A stretch of 64,000 bases of DNA, from the NCBI GenBank assembly GCA_951406725.2, contig OX597829.1, positions 48,608,001-48,672,000 of the forward strand, read 5' to 3'. The notes under the pieces were generated by a model. The model saw only the letters and a list, made by a program, of their open reading frames with translations. It searched no databases and was not told where the DNA came from. The translations under genes and the position numbers were made by a program. This document shows positions 14,041 to 28,446 of this stretch, piece by piece (the first letter of the stretch is position 1; every line of letters begins with the position of its first letter). This DNA is from Octopus vulgaris (taxonomy: Eukaryota).

Positions 14041-14049
14041 TACATATAT

Positions 14050-14637
14050 ATCGGCACATAAAAAGCACCATCCGAACGTGGCCGTTGCCAGCGCCACCTC
14101 GACTGGCTTCTGTGCCGGTAGCACATAAAAAGCACCATCCGAACGTGGCCGATGCCAGCACCGCCTCGACTGGCTCCAGTGTCGGTGGCACATAAAAAAA
14201 CACCATCCGAACGTGGCTGTTGCCAGCACCGCCTCAACTGGCTTCTGTGCCTTTAGCACATAAAAAGCACCATCTGAACGTGGCCGATGCCAGCGCCGCC
14301 TCGACTGGCTCCAGTGTCGGTGGCACATAAAAAAACACCATCCGAACGTGGCCGTTGCCAGCGCCGCCTTGGCTGGCTTCCGTGCCAGTGACACGTTAAA
14401 AGCTCTAGCCGATCGTGGCCGATGCCAGACCCCCCCTGGCACCTGTGCAGGTGGCACGTAAAAAGCACCCGCTACACTCGCGGAGTGGTTGGCGTTAGGA
14501 AGGGCATCCAGCTGTAGAAACTCTGCCAGATTAGAGTGGAGCCTGGTGCAGCCTCCTGGCTTCCCAGACCCCGGTCGAACCGTCCAACCCGTGCTAGCGC
14601 GGAAAACGGACGTTAAACGATGATGATGATGATGATG

Positions 14638-14638
<1 letters not shown>
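14050..14638 (+). mobile_element. RTE LINE 3' UTR fragment with ~60-bp tandem units and (GAT)n tail
   Basis: Nearly the same sequence as 62130-62585, which directly follows an RTE ORF. Related tails at about 640-850(-), 16900-17240(-), 24945-25495, 29000-29187, 33480-33690, 47585-47765(-), 48535-48810(-) and 57240-57415. Confidence 0.8.
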
Positions 14639-14690
<52 letters not shown>

Positions 14691-14894
14691 TGTGTGTGTA
14701 AGATGGGCTTCTTTCAGTTTCTGTCTAGCAAATCCTGGGGCTGTAGTAGAAGACGTTTGCACAAGGTACCACACGGTGGGACTGAACCCATAACCTAATG
14801 ATTGGGAAGCAAACATCATTTACTAGATTTTTGTTGTTGTTGTTGTTGTTGTTTTGAAACTATTCAGCATTTTTAACACTTCTCAGAAAGGTAA

Positions 14895-14918
14895 GAATGT
14901 TTTGTGTGTGTGTGTATT

Positions 14919-14952
<34 letters not shown>

Positions 14953-15082
14953 CATATGTATATATGTATGTATGTATGTATGTGTGTGTGTATGTGTGTG
15001 TATGTATGTATGTATTTATGTATGTATGCATATGTATATATGTATGTATGTATGTGTGTGTATGTGTGTGTGTATGTGTGTG

Positions 15083-15149
<67 letters not shown>

Positions 15150-15151
15150 TG

Positions 15152-15236
<85 letters not shown>

Positions 15237-15415
15237 ATCGATGAAGTCTGAGAGGAGAAGAAATAAAAATCAAATGAATGTTTTAATGTGAGATTTGAGA
15301 AGTGATAAATCAAAATTCCGCTGTTGTAATTGAGATGGGATCAGACCAGACTGTCTCTCTCTTTCTTTTCCATCCTCATCATCATCGTCATGTGTGTATG
15401 TGTGTGTGTAGGAGC

Positions 15416-15452
<37 letters not shown>

Positions 15453-16004
15453 GGAGAGAGAGAAAGAGAGAGAGAGACTCTGTGTGTGTGTGTGTATGGG
15501 AGCAAGAGAGAAAGAGAAAGAGAGAGAGAGATAGAGAGAGAGAGACTATGTGTGTGTGTGTGTGTGTGTGTATAGGAGCAAGAGAGAAAGAGAAAGAGAG
15601 AGAGAGATAGAGAGAGAGAGACTATGTGTGTGTGTGTGTGTGTGTATAGGAGCAAGAGAGAAAGAGAAAGAGAGAGAGATAGAGAGAGAGAGAGACTATG
15701 TGTGTGTGTGTGTAAAACTGAGTGTGTGTGAGACTGTGATTGTCTGTGTTTGTGTGTGTGTGTGTGTGTGTATGTAAAAATGAGTGTGTGTGAGACTGTG
15801 GTTGTCTGTGTTTGTGTGTGTGTGTGTGGGAGAGAGTCTGTATATAGAGATTGTATGTGTGACTGTGTGTGTGTGTGTATGTGAGAAAGAGAGAGAGAGA
15901 GAGAGACTGTATGTGAAATTGTGTGTATGAGACTGTGTGTGTATGTGAAACTGTGTGTGTGTGTGAGAGAGAGAGTCTGTATATGAGATTGTATGTGTGA
16001 TTCT

Positions 16005-16043
<39 letters not shown>

Positions 16044-16215
16044 TGAGAGAGAGAGAGAGAGACTGTGTATGTGAAGTTGTGTGTATGAGACTCTGTGTGT
16101 GTGTGTGTGTATGTGTGTGATTGTATGTTTGTGAGATTCTGTGTGTGTGTGTGTGTGTGTATGTGAAATTTGTGTGTGTGTATGTGTGTGAGTTTATGTG
16201 TGTATGTGTGCATGT
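14895..16215. repeat. Compound (TG)n/(AG)n/(TATG)n microsatellite block
   Basis: Visible directly; source of many CV/HT/ER ORFs. Confidence 0.95.
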
Positions 16216-17249
16216 GTCTGTATTTCCACAGTTAGAAATTTTGGCAATTCATTTTGGGAATTTTATGTTAGTAGAAAATTATTTCCAGACTGCTTATCTG
16301 AGGGCAAGTAATTAGTAAAAACTTGCACTTTGATTAATGAATACCACAGATCAAACCTGTATTTTATGGCTAAAATCAAAGTTAAAAAGAAACAGAAAAA
16401 AAGGGGTGGGGAGGAAATTACATTTAGGTTTAAGTTTAAACATGAAAGAAAATATTAAGACCAGATTTTTAGGTCCAAGCAATAAAATGTGACGCTAATC
16501 CATCCAGAAAGAAACTGTTATGTAAAACAAGGAAATGTCACGTAAATCAAATCAGCCTTGCGATAGTACCACTGCGGTTGTGACCATCTTGTCAGTTCCT
16601 ATAACCAATCGTCACTTCTTTTCTGAGCAAGGTAATATTTTTCACCATGGTCAGTCAGGCATGTTTTTAATGGAAGACTGGAGACTGGAAGTGAAGAACA
16701 TAGCATGTGGGATGGAGCTGCTCATTAACAACCATTTTAATGATGCCAAGACAAAGATACACACTAATAAACTGACGTGCATGCACATGCACACACACAC
16801 ACGCATTCATATACATACATATGCACATACATATACAAATATATATATGTATATTTAGTAATATACATACATATACATATACATATATATATATATATCA
16901 TCATCATCATCCTTTAACGTCCGCTTTCCATGCTGGCATGGGTTGGACGATTTGACTGAGGACTGGCGAACCAGATGGCTGCACCAGGCTCCAATCTGAT
17001 CTGCCAAAGTTTCTACAGCTGGATGCCCTTCCTAACGCCAACCATTCCGAGAGTGTAGTGGGTGCTTTTACGAGCCAATGGCACGAGGGCCAGTCAGGTG
17101 GTACTGGCAACAGCCATGCTCAAATGGTGTTTTTTACATGCCACCTGCACAGGAGTCAGTCCAGCGGCACTGGCAATGACCTCGCTCGAATGTTTTGTTC
17201 AAGTGCCACCGGCTGAAGTGTCAGTAAGACGACGCTGGTAACTATGGGT

Positions 17250-17840
17250 ATTTATAGGTGATTTGTATCAAGCCGGGTAATCACGCTATACATAGTTTTA
17301 ATTTTAAATTATCCTTTATTATTATTTTCAAATTTATCTATAATGGGAGGTTTATATAATTTGTTATATAATTTTAGTAATATTTAATTAATATATTTAT
17401 TTTATTTAAATTATTACATTATTATTTTTTTTATTTATATAGTCTTTTCAACTGCTTCAGAAATAAATCCCTGGTCTTATCACATTTCACTATAACTCCA
17501 TCCTGGTTCTTTAATATTTCTATTTTTCCAGCTAAGTTGCTGAGGTGCTTGTTGTGTCTATTAGGGTATTTTTTGAATTTGATATTTTTCACCATATTCA
17601 ATATTTTCTCCTCAAAGTCCTGTATACTTCTATTATTGGGAGGTTCCTGCTTAGATTTGAAGTTTCTCTTTATATAGTCTATATCTTCCATGTTAGTATT
17701 ATTCTTATTTGGATTGTTGTTATTGTAGCAGTGAGCCTTCCATTTCATTTTATTTATAAAGTTTTTTTAGCTGGTTAATTAGGTCCTGTATATATTCTTT
17801 CCTGCTGGGAATTAGGAATATCCTTCAAAGATGGATTCCA
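17250..17840 (-). mobile_element. Penelope-like retroelement remnant (pre-RT region)
   Basis: Frameshifted ...IPSRKEYIQDLIN...MKWKAH...FKSKQEPP...FEEKILNMVKNIKF...VIVKCDKT resembles the RMRWKA...ADKT region of Penelope-like ORFs. Confidence 0.65.
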
Positions 17841-18461
17841 CTCTATCATCTCAATCCTACCTGAAAGATCCATTTCTGACATATATAAGAAGCCCTAGTG
17901 GTAGAACCAGTTGTATGATTAAGATAAATAATTTGGGAAAACAAATTTCCAAATCAATCAGGCGCAACCCTTCAGCATTATATGCATCTGCATATCATAC
18001 CTTGGGATCTTATTTATCATATATTTATATATTTATCTATAAATATACAAAGTATCTCATAAAAGTCAATACTAATTCAATTTTTGGGGATTAATAGTTA
18101 TGCGGGTATTCTATTTCAGATAATACAAAAAATGACCTAATGAGTATATCTTACAGTAATCTCATGGTATCGGTTTGCACATCACAAAATTATATTTTAA
18201 AGGATATAACCAAAATTTCCAGCAGGGTATATATTATACTTCATTAATTATATCCTACTTCAGTTAATACTTATATTTATTAAATATGAAGGAACTACAT
18301 GTGTTTCAAGTATTGGAAAATTACAATATATTTACATATACACAACTGTATGCACACACACACACACACGCAAGTACACACACACACACACACGCAAGTA
18401 CACACACACACACACACGCAAGTACACACACACACACACACACGCACACACACACGCACAC

Positions 18462-18504
<43 letters not shown>

Positions 18505-20017
18505 CACACACATGCACATACACACACACACATATAAATACATATATGGAATTGTCAGATTTACAATTATTCCAACACAAGGCTTTGGCCAGATGGTCAG
18601 CCTGGGACTACAGCACTACAGTAGAAGACATTTGTCCAAGTTGCTGTGCAGTGGGACTGAATCTTAGCACATGGTTGGGAAGCATGATTGCCAACTGCAT
18701 AGCCATGCTTGTACTTACTATTTACCAATGGACATAAGCATGGCTGAATGGTTCAAGATGTTTGCTTCAGAACCAAGAAGTTCCAGGTTCGATCTTATCA
18801 CATGGCATCTTGGGCAAGTGTCTTTACCGTAAATTTTTTTCTATCCAAACATTGTGAGAGAAAGTGAGTTGATAGAAATTGTGTGGAAGGCGGTAAGCTG
18901 GCAGAATCGTTAGCACACCGGGTGAAATGCTTAGCGGTATTTCGTTTGTCTTTACGTGTTGGTTTCAAATTTCACCGAGGTCGACTTTGTCTTTCATCCT
19001 TTTGAAGTTGATAAATAAAGTACCAGTTACACACTGGGGTCAATGTAATCGACTTAATCCCTTTGTCTGTCCTTGTTTGTCCCCTCTATGTTTAGCCCCT
19101 TGTGGGCAATAAAGAAATAAGAAACTGTGTGGAAGCCGGTCTGATAGGTCGAGCCCATAGTTTCAAACCTTGTCCATATTGTCCAACCTTGTCATACATT
19201 GTTTTACAGATTCAGTATCAGAATTACTTTAAGGGTACACATGTACGTGGAATACTCAGCCACTTGCGCATTCATTTAAGGAGTCGAATTTTTAGTTGAT
19301 TAAATATTCTCACCTGAGGTTCTTGTGACACAGGTGATACACTGCCATCACATCATATCATCTACAGCATCATATCTTGCTGTTGTCTCCCCTTATTTGA
19401 GTTATTGCTGCTCTGTCGCCTCTTCCACCCTTTTTCAAATGAATTGTAGTATACCCGAATGCTGTATTCAATGAGCTCATTATTATAGTGGTGATTGTGG
19501 AGGTGCAATGGCTCATTGGTTGGGGCAGTGGACTTTTAGTCGTGGGATTGCAGTTTCGATTCCCAGACTGGGTTTTGTGAGTGTTTATTGAACGAAAATA
19601 CCTAAAACTCCATGAGGCTCCACCGTACATTGATATCACACACACACACACACAGCCCTATCATTCATTTGCATACATACACACTTTCTGTTTAAAAACA
19701 GAATCCGTTAAAAAATATAGAGCAAAAGAATGAGAATATTTTTACATATATTAAACTTCTTTCAAAATAACACATTTTTTTTTCCTATTACACTTTATTT
19801 TTATTTAAAGAAAGCTGATTGACTTTATTCAATATAATTACTGGTAGTCAATATGGTTGAAAGGTAAACCTGACTTTTATCAACATCAATCAAAACAGAC
19901 ATGGTTGTCAGCGGATTAGTGTTAATTAATACAAAGGAAGTTAACGATCTTCTTACGGTGTGAGGCAGGATTAGAAATTTTGAATTTCAAGCCAAGGAAT
20001 AAAAAGAGTCGACATAT

Positions 20018-20060
<43 letters not shown>

Positions 20061-20182
20061 CCATCTTCATCGTCATCATCATCAACACCATCATCATCAT
20101 TATCATCATCATCATCACCATCTTCATCGTCATCATCATCATCACCATCATCATCATTATTATCATCACCATCATCATCGTC

Positions 20183-20214
<32 letters not shown>

Positions 20215-20403
20215 CATCATCACCATCTTCATCGTCATCATCATCATCATCGTCGTCATCATCATCATCACCATCTTCATCGTCATCGTCATCATCATCA
20301 TCATCATCATCGTCATCATCATCATCATCATTGTCGCCGTCGTCATCATCATCATCATCATCATTGTCGTCGTCATCATCATCATCATCATCATCATCGT
20401 CAT
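20018..20403. repeat. (CAT)n trinucleotide tract
   Basis: Visible directly; it is also the tail of a short minus-strand RTE 3' fragment. Confidence 0.95.
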
Positions 20404-21106
20404 TTAGTGTCCGCTTTCCATGCTGGCATTGGATACATCTTATTCTTGTTTATTATGGCAGTTTGGTTCCAAAATATACATGGTGATAACTGAATGTCTT
20501 CAAACATTTTGTAAATGGAATGAATAGCAGATTTATTGACACCAAACTTCATGCTTTACAGCAGCAAAGCTTCCATTATGATATTCTGTTGGCCATCTCT
20601 GCATTTTCCCTCCATAAAAAATATACTCATCTGCATTAATTGATAGCATCAGGTACCTTGTTCTGTTTTTCTGTTCATTGGTCCCATGTTGCTGTGTATG
20701 ATTATGTAAATACATTAAAAGGAAAACAAAAAAAAAATTATGCATCCTCATAGCACGCTGATGTAAAGACAAGTGATGGGCAACGGTCAGTGCATTGTGG
20801 GTAGTTGAGCATTGTGGCTGGTGGCCGGGGCATGCTTTTGTGATTCAAGCAGAATCTTCAACTGGTTGCTAACCTCTGTTATCACAAGTCAGTTCATGAC
20901 AAGTGTAACATGATTCACAATTGAGCACACCATGTTATCATGGATCAGTGATGAATGAATCAGTGATGAACAAGGTGACATGTATAAAGAGATGGGATGA
21001 TTATAACAAGAATGTCTATAATCAGAAGCCTGTGCAACCAGGACTAACCTGGGGCTAAATAGCAACAACAACAACAACAACTATACAGTCACATTGACCA
21101 GTTTCT

Positions 21107-21335
21107 ATTGGGTTGTCCGGAAAGTTCATGCCGATTTATAGTAGCTTACCTTTCGATTTATTTTAGAACATGGTTGAGTCCATGAAATAAGATTTGACTA
21201 CACCTCCATTTAGAGTACAGTTTAAGCTATCTTTTCGTGGAAGAAGATTTATGTTCCTATAACCTGTGTTAATTCTGTAACCCTTTAAAATGGAAGATAA
21301 GAAAGTTCATTTTCGGCACTTGATGCTTTGGGAAC
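21107..21335 (+). mobile_element. Mariner 5' end fragment
   Basis: TA-TTGGGTTGTCCGGAAAGTT TIR-like end followed by MEDKKVHFRHLMLWE, a mariner transposase N-terminus. Confidence 0.7.
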
Positions 21336-21554
21336 CAGACAAAAATTGCTGCAGCTTGGCTGGGATGTGTTACCCCACCCTGCATATTCACCAGATATTG
21401 CTCCCACAAGCCAATTGTATGTGTGTGTTTGTGTTTGTTCCCCACCACCACTTGACACAATTGGTGTTGGTGTGTTTATATCCCCATAACTTAGCAATTT
21501 GGCAAAAGGTATCAACAGAATGAGTACCAGGCTTAAAAAAAAGAAAAAAGAAAC

Positions 21555-22110
21555 TTACTGGGGTTGATTTATTTGACTGAAATTCCTCAAGGCATTGCTC
21601 CAGCATGGCCACAGTGCAATGACTGATACAAGTAAAAGATAAAAGATATACTGGGATTGATTAGTTCAACTAAAACCCTTCAAGGTGGTGCCCCAGCATG
21701 GCCACAGTCCAATGAGTGAAACAAGTAAAAGATAAAAGATATACTGGGATTGATTTGTTCAACTAAAACCCTTCAAGGTGGTGCCCCAGCATGGCCACAG
21801 CCCAAAAACTGAAACAAGTAAAAGATAAAAGATATACTGGGATTGATTTGTTCAACTAAAACCCTTCAAGGTGGTGCCCCAGCATGGCCACAGTCTAATG
21901 ACTGAAACAAGTAAAATATAAAAGATATACTGGGATTGATTTGTTCAAGTAAAACCCTTCAAGGTGGTGCCCCAGCATGGCCACAGTCCAATGACTGAAA
22001 CAAGTAAAAGATAAAAGATATACTGGGATTGATTTGTTCAACTAAAACCCTTCAAGGTGGTGCTCCAGCATGGCCACAGTCCAATGACTGAAACAAGTAA
22101 AAGATTAAAA
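21555..22110 (+). repeat. 93-bp tandem array (6 units) derived from the SINE-B 3' end
   Basis: CTGGG recurs at 21651, 21744, 21837, 21930 and 22023; the unit is the SINE tail ...CAGCATGGCCACAGTCCAATGACTGAAACAAGTAAAAGATAAAAGA. Confidence 0.9.
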
Positions 22111-22229
22111 GATAAAAGAAAAGACATCTCTTTCATGCTCCTATAGGTTTAACTATTTATTTATTCTGATGTTATTCATTCTGAGTGGTGGCACCGTTCT
22201 TGGAATGATGCAATAATATTTTATTACGT

Positions 22230-22279
<50 letters not shown>

Positions 22280-23332
22280 ATCTAACCATCCTCTGATCGA
22301 CATTACAATGTGCTACGATGCTTATGAATACCAATTCATCCATCCTCAGAATGATATTAATTTTAATAACACTTGCATATCATTTCTATCACCCTTCTGT
22401 CATCTTTGCAATGATATCATGCTTTGTAATGCTCATATATTAATTCAAATGTCATCAGAATGTTAGAATATTGTAACAAGAAGGCAGTGAGCTAGCAGAA
22501 ACATTAGCATGCCTGGTGAAATGCTTAGCGGTGTTTTGTCTGTCCTTATGTTCTGAGTTCAAGTTCTTCCGAGGTCGACTTTGCCTTTCATCCTTTCGGG
22601 GTCAATAAATTAAGTACCAGTTACACACTGGGGTTGATGTAATCGACTTAATCCGTTTGTCTGTCCTTGTTTGTCCCCTCTGTGTGTAGCCCCTTGTGGG
22701 TAGTAAAGAAATAGGTATTGTATCTGTCTTTATGTTCTGAGTTCAAATTCTTCCGAGATTGAGTTTGCCTTTCATCCTTTCGGGGTCAATAAATTAAGTA
22801 CCAGTTGCATACTGGGATTAACCTAATCAACTGACCACCTCCCCTAAAAAATTTGGGCCTTGTGCCTAGAATAGAAACGAATAATGTAACAAGGATTTTC
22901 AAATACTTGTTTTTTTCTATCTTTTCTGTTTTAAATAATTTTACCTGTACCAGTCCACGCTAGGGCACCACCTTGAAGAATTTTTATTTGAATTAATCTA
23001 TTCCCTGTACTTATGTTTTCTTTTTTTTCCTTAAGCCTGGTATGTATTCTATCAGTCTCTTTTGCTGAACTGCTAAGTTACGAGGACATAAATCATTTAA
23101 CACCAACCTTCAAGCAGTAGTGCTGGACAAACAGGCATGAAGACACACACATTCATGCATGCACACACACACACAGTGGGCTCCTTTCAGTCTCCATCTG
23201 CCAAACCCACTCACAAGACTTTGGTTGGCCTGAAACTATAGTAGAAGACACTTCCCCAAAATACTACTCGGTGGGACTGAACTCGGAGCCATATGATTGG
23301 GAAGTAAAATTTTTTTACCACACAACCACACC

Positions 23333-23622
23333 TCGAACGCACATTGCGTCCCCGGGATCCTATCGTCCCGGGGCCCCGTCCGGTCGAGAGGCGGTCACGA
23401 CACACAAAAACGCAGTCCGCCGCGGCGGGGAGTCGGGAGTCGCAGGAAAGGGCGGCGCTCGCCGCGATGCTCGCTTTATCTCGCGCGCGAACCGCCGCCG
23501 CTCGATCGTCCGTCTCCCGTAATGCCAGACCGTCATCGTTGCGAAGCGCTGTTGCGGAGGAGGGAGCCCGCCGACGAGCGGAAGCAGAGGAGTGGGATCA
23601 GTAGCAGGAACGACAACGACAC
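23333..23622 (+). pseudogene. Dispersed rDNA fragment: 3' part of 5.8S rRNA plus start of ITS2
   Basis: TCGAACGCACATTGCG followed by the CCCCGGGA...TCCCGGGG hairpin matches the conserved 5.8S 3' half; the GC/CpG-rich continuation contrasts sharply with the AT-rich flanks. Confidence 0.75.
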
Positions 23623-23670
23623 ACTTATTGATTTACCCAAACTCAATAATTCTCATAAAATTATCTTTCC

Positions 23671-24405
23671 TTAACCCTTTCGTTACTGTATTTCTGTTGA
23701 GATGTTTTGTGCGTTTTTCAATTATTTTTAAATATAATAAAGAATTTAGTAAAATAACTTAGTTATCATTAAGCTAGTGTTAGGAAAATAAATTGTGACT
23801 AAGGTTTGGTGGAAGATTTTAATTCAAAGTTTATGAAAACAAGATATTTATACTAAAGAGCCAGAGGTGGTTTCAGGCAGATTGGTAATGAAAGGGTTAA
23901 GAATTGTTTCTCTATTATATATTTTAACCCTTTCGTGACCATATTTCTGTTGAGATGCTCTGTGTTTCTTTCAATTAATTTTAAATATAACAAAGAATTT
24001 AGTAAAATAACTTAGTTATCATTAAGTTAGTTTTAGGAACATAAATTGTGACTAAGGTTTGGTGGAAGATTTTAATTCAAAACTTATGGAAACAAGACAT
24101 TTATACTACAGAGCCAGAGGTGGTTTCAGGCAGATTGGTAATGAAAGGGTTAAGAATTGTTTCTCTATTATATATTTTAACCCTTTCGTGACCATATTTC
24201 TGTTGAGATGCTCTGTGTTTCTTTCAATTAATTTTAAATATAACAAAGAATTTAGTAAAATAACTTAGTTATCATTAAGTTAGTTTTAGGAACATAAATT
24301 GTGACTAAGGTTTGGTGAAAGATTTTAATTCAAAACTTATGGAAACAAGACATTTGTACTACAGAGTCAGAGCCAGTTTCAGGCTGGTAGGTAATGAAAG
24401 GTTAA
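23671..24405. mobile_element. Tandem array of 3 piggyBac-type MITEs
   Basis: Same unit and same spacer as 7964-8942; TTAA at 23671 and 24402. Confidence 0.85.
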
Positions 24406-26049
24406 AATTGTTTTTTCTTTTCTCATGTTCACTTCTTTTTAGATGTTAAAACAATGAATAAAAGGAAATTAATGATGTAAAACCTTCAATGTTAACTGAA
24501 ATTTTTACAGTGCTTAGCCATTGCTGAACTGCAAGCCAATGGTGGATTAACTGACTGAAACTTTGAAGTTACTGTCTCTCTATTTTACTCTCTTTTACTT
24601 GTTTCAGTCATTTGACTACAGCCATGCTGGAGCACCGCCTTTAGTCGAGCAAATCGACCCCAGGACTTATTCTTTGAGAGCCTAGTTGTGGCAAAAGAGT
24701 CAGCAGAAGTTTGCCATTACCTTCTGTCAGAGCCACGTGGAGCTTAGGTGTTTTGCTCATAAACACACACATTGCCTGGTCTGAGATCTGAACCTGTGAT
24801 TCTTCGATCACAAGTCCATTACACTAACTACTAGGCCATGTGCCTCCTTATTCATGTATAAGTGCTATTATTTTACATTTGAAAAAAATCTGTTGAGTGA
24901 CTGATATATGGAGCAATGCTTAAACTATGACAGGAAAACAATTTAGTAGCATGTAAAAAGCACTATCTGAACGTGGCTGATATCAGGACTGCCTCCGGTG
25001 ATATGTAAAAAAGCACTATCTGAATGTGGCTGATGCCAGTACCTCCTGACTAGCTTCCGTGCCAGTGGCATGTAAAAAGCACTATTCAAACAGGATTAAT
25101 GCCAGGACTGCCTCCAGTAGCACGTAAAAAGCACCATCCAGATGTGGCTGATGTCCATACTCCTGGCTCCCATGCTGGTGGCACATAAAAGGCACCGTCC
25201 GAACGTGGTTGATACCAGTGCCCCCGACCAGTTCCCGTGCTGGTGACATATAAAAAGCACTATCAGAACATGTTCGATGCCAGGCCATCCTGACTGGCTC
25301 CTGTACTGGTGGCACGTAATAAGCCCCCCACTACACTCTCGGAGTGGTTGGTGTTAGGAAGGGCATCCAGCTGTAGAAACCTTGCCAGATCAGATTGGAG
25401 CCTGGTGCAGCCACTGACCCTCCAGATCTCAGTCAAACTGTCCAACCCATGCCAGCATGGAAAGCAGACATTAAACGATGATGATGATGATGATGGTGAT
25501 TTAGCACTAAATTTGTTGGGTAAGAAATGCATGAGTAAACATGGCAACTGTACCTGGTAAATGGTGGAAAACGTACATACACATTGTCGTATTTAACTTA
25601 GTCAATAGGATATTGTGTACAGAAAATGTTCCAATTTGTGTAGGGAAAATGTGTTGTTGATTCATGTGTGTGTGTGTGTGTGTGCGTGTGTGATCAGATA
25701 GTGATCACCAATGATGAAGAGGAAAAAAGCAGCTAGCTGCATATTTTAAAATTATTTGAAATTATTCTGACAAAGCTCAACCAAATTAAGAAAAAAAAGA
25801 CAAAAGCCTCTAGCTGAATGAGAGAGAGAGAGAGAGAGTGTGTGTGTGAGAGAAAGAGGGAGAAAGAGAGAGATAGTGTGTGTGTGAGAGAGAAAGGGAG
25901 AGAGAGAGTGTATGTGCGTGTGAGAGAGAGAGAGGGAGAGAGAGAGTGTGTGTGTATGTCTGTGAGAGAGAGAGAAAGAGTGCGTGAGAGAGAAAGTGTG
26001 TGTGTATGAGAGAGAGAGATAGAGTGTATGTGTGTGAGAGAGAGAGAGA

Positions 26050-26084
<35 letters not shown>

Positions 26085-26853
26085 TGTATGTGTGAGAGAG
26101 AGTGTGTGTATGTGTGTGAGAGAGAGAAAGAGTGTGTGCGTGAGAGAGAGAGAGCGAGAGAAAGTGTGTGTATAAGAGAGAGGGAGAGTGAGTGTGTGTG
26201 TGTGTGTGTGTGTGAAAGAAAGAGAGAAAGGTAGTGAGAGAAAGTGAGAGCTTAACCTAGCTTGTTGGTGGCAGTTCTCAAAGTAGGCGGTACCATCCCC
26301 CCCCACCCTGGATCTTTTGACTGCCCACTCTGGGAATCACAGCACTACTGTCTAATCTGCTCTTAGCTGGCATCAACAAGCATGGCTAAAACTCTCCCTC
26401 TCTCTCCCACGCTCTCTCTAAGAAAAAGGAAAAGAAGAAGAAGAAAAAGAAAAAGAAGAAGAAGAAGAAGGAGGAGGAGGAGGAGGAGGAGAAGAAGAAG
26501 AAGACGAAGAAGATGATGAAGAAGAAGAATAAGAAGAATGAGGCAATAATGGGATGGCCAAAAGTGGGGGTGATGGAGAGCAATGTGCCACCCCTTCTGC
26601 TTTTCAGTGGTACACTCAAGTTCAGGAAATAGAGTTTAAAAATCGATCTGAAAAAATGTTGATTTAAGAAAACTAATTTCAAGCAAGAATTGAGAACAAA
26701 AATAAAAAAGAAGAAAATAAAAGACGCAAAAATTTACTAATGAAGCTGGTCATTAAATTCTCAAGAGAATTCCCTAGAAAGATGGAGACATATGACACTG
26801 AATGAAAACAACATCAACAACAACAAAATGTGAAGAAAATATATATACATAAA

Positions 26854-26911
<58 letters not shown>

Positions 26912-27004
26912 ATATGTATATATATAATATAATAATATGTATATATATGTATATATATAATATAATAATATGTATATATATGTATATATATATAATATAG
27001 AGTG

Positions 27005-27103
<99 letters not shown>

Positions 27104-27695
27104 ATATGTATATACATATATATACCTACATACTTACATGTATACGTATATACATATTAATATATGGACACAGGATATCACAAAATGTAAACAACAAAAA
27201 ATACGAAGTATTAGGACATGGAATATGAACATTTTTTGCGAAACAAATGGAAACAAGACAAACAACACAAAGAATGACCCTTCATCAGTTGTCGGCTGTT
27301 TTTCTAATCCATATTTCGAGCATTTCGCCACAAGATACACCTTCGATAAAACAGTTGCTCCTGCAAGGCAAATTAAATAAAATTTGGGATTTTGTGGAGG
27401 GTCAAAATAGGTGACAAAAACAGGACAATGAAAACAAACAGGAAGGGCTGCTAAGCCTAAACGAGGTTGTAGTGGCGAACGTGAAGAAACAAGATTGGAC
27501 AGCATAGTAAGCACATAAATGTGAAACAAGGTGGGGAAAAATAGTACTTGAATACCGGAGGTAGAGTAATATGCTTTATTAGTAAAGCTGCAAAAGCATC
27601 ACAAAAACTGTTACTCAGAGTTTCACGTTCCCGTTTTTGTGATGTTTTTGCAATTTTATTAATAACATGTATATATATATATATATTTATATATG

Positions 27696-27748
<53 letters not shown>

Positions 27749-27765
27749 GTATGTATATATATGTA

Positions 27766-27832
<67 letters not shown>

Positions 27833-28446
27833 ATTTATATATAATCAGAGTTAGTGATTATAGTAACTGACTAAGGAATATAATATCCGTATTACTATTA
27901 GTATCCGTTAATTGAATTATCCCTGGGCATTGAAGTGTAGGCACACCATACACATAGAGTGCAGATGACTGCAGGATAAATAAAAGTTTATCAGGAACCA
28001 ATGCAAGTAATTAGAAAATGGAGAAAACCACAAATTAACTAACACATTGTTTGGTCCCACGCTATCTGTTCATTGACTTATCCGCCGTATTTTTTTTCTT
28101 TTCTTGTTTAATTTATAAGCAAATCTTTTGTAATGGTTTTAACTTGTGACCTCAGTTCAAATTGTAACTGACCAATTGTAGAGACCACTGGACTTAGACT
28201 TGGCCGCATTGTGCACCATAGGTGGGACTCTTGGCGTTAATTTCTGTGAGTAAATTTTTTCTCTAGCACCCGACAATAATTGTTTACTTTTACTTGAATT
28301 TACTCTATTAGTATAGGTACTGCCCTTTGATTATCATGTTAGTATTTTCCTTATATATAGTTTCTTGATAACTCCTTTTTTTAAACATCCTGACCCACAC
28401 CTTCTAATTGCACCTACCCATTGATAAATTGTTGTATTCCCTAGAC

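Noticed and set aside
21555-22110. CRISPR-like regular array
   Set aside because: Units repeat in full with no unique spacers, derive from a SINE, and lie in eukaryotic DNA with no cas genes.
23211-23674. GC-rich Arg/Ala ORFs or a CpG-island promoter
   Set aside because: Better explained as a 5.8S-ITS2 rDNA fragment.
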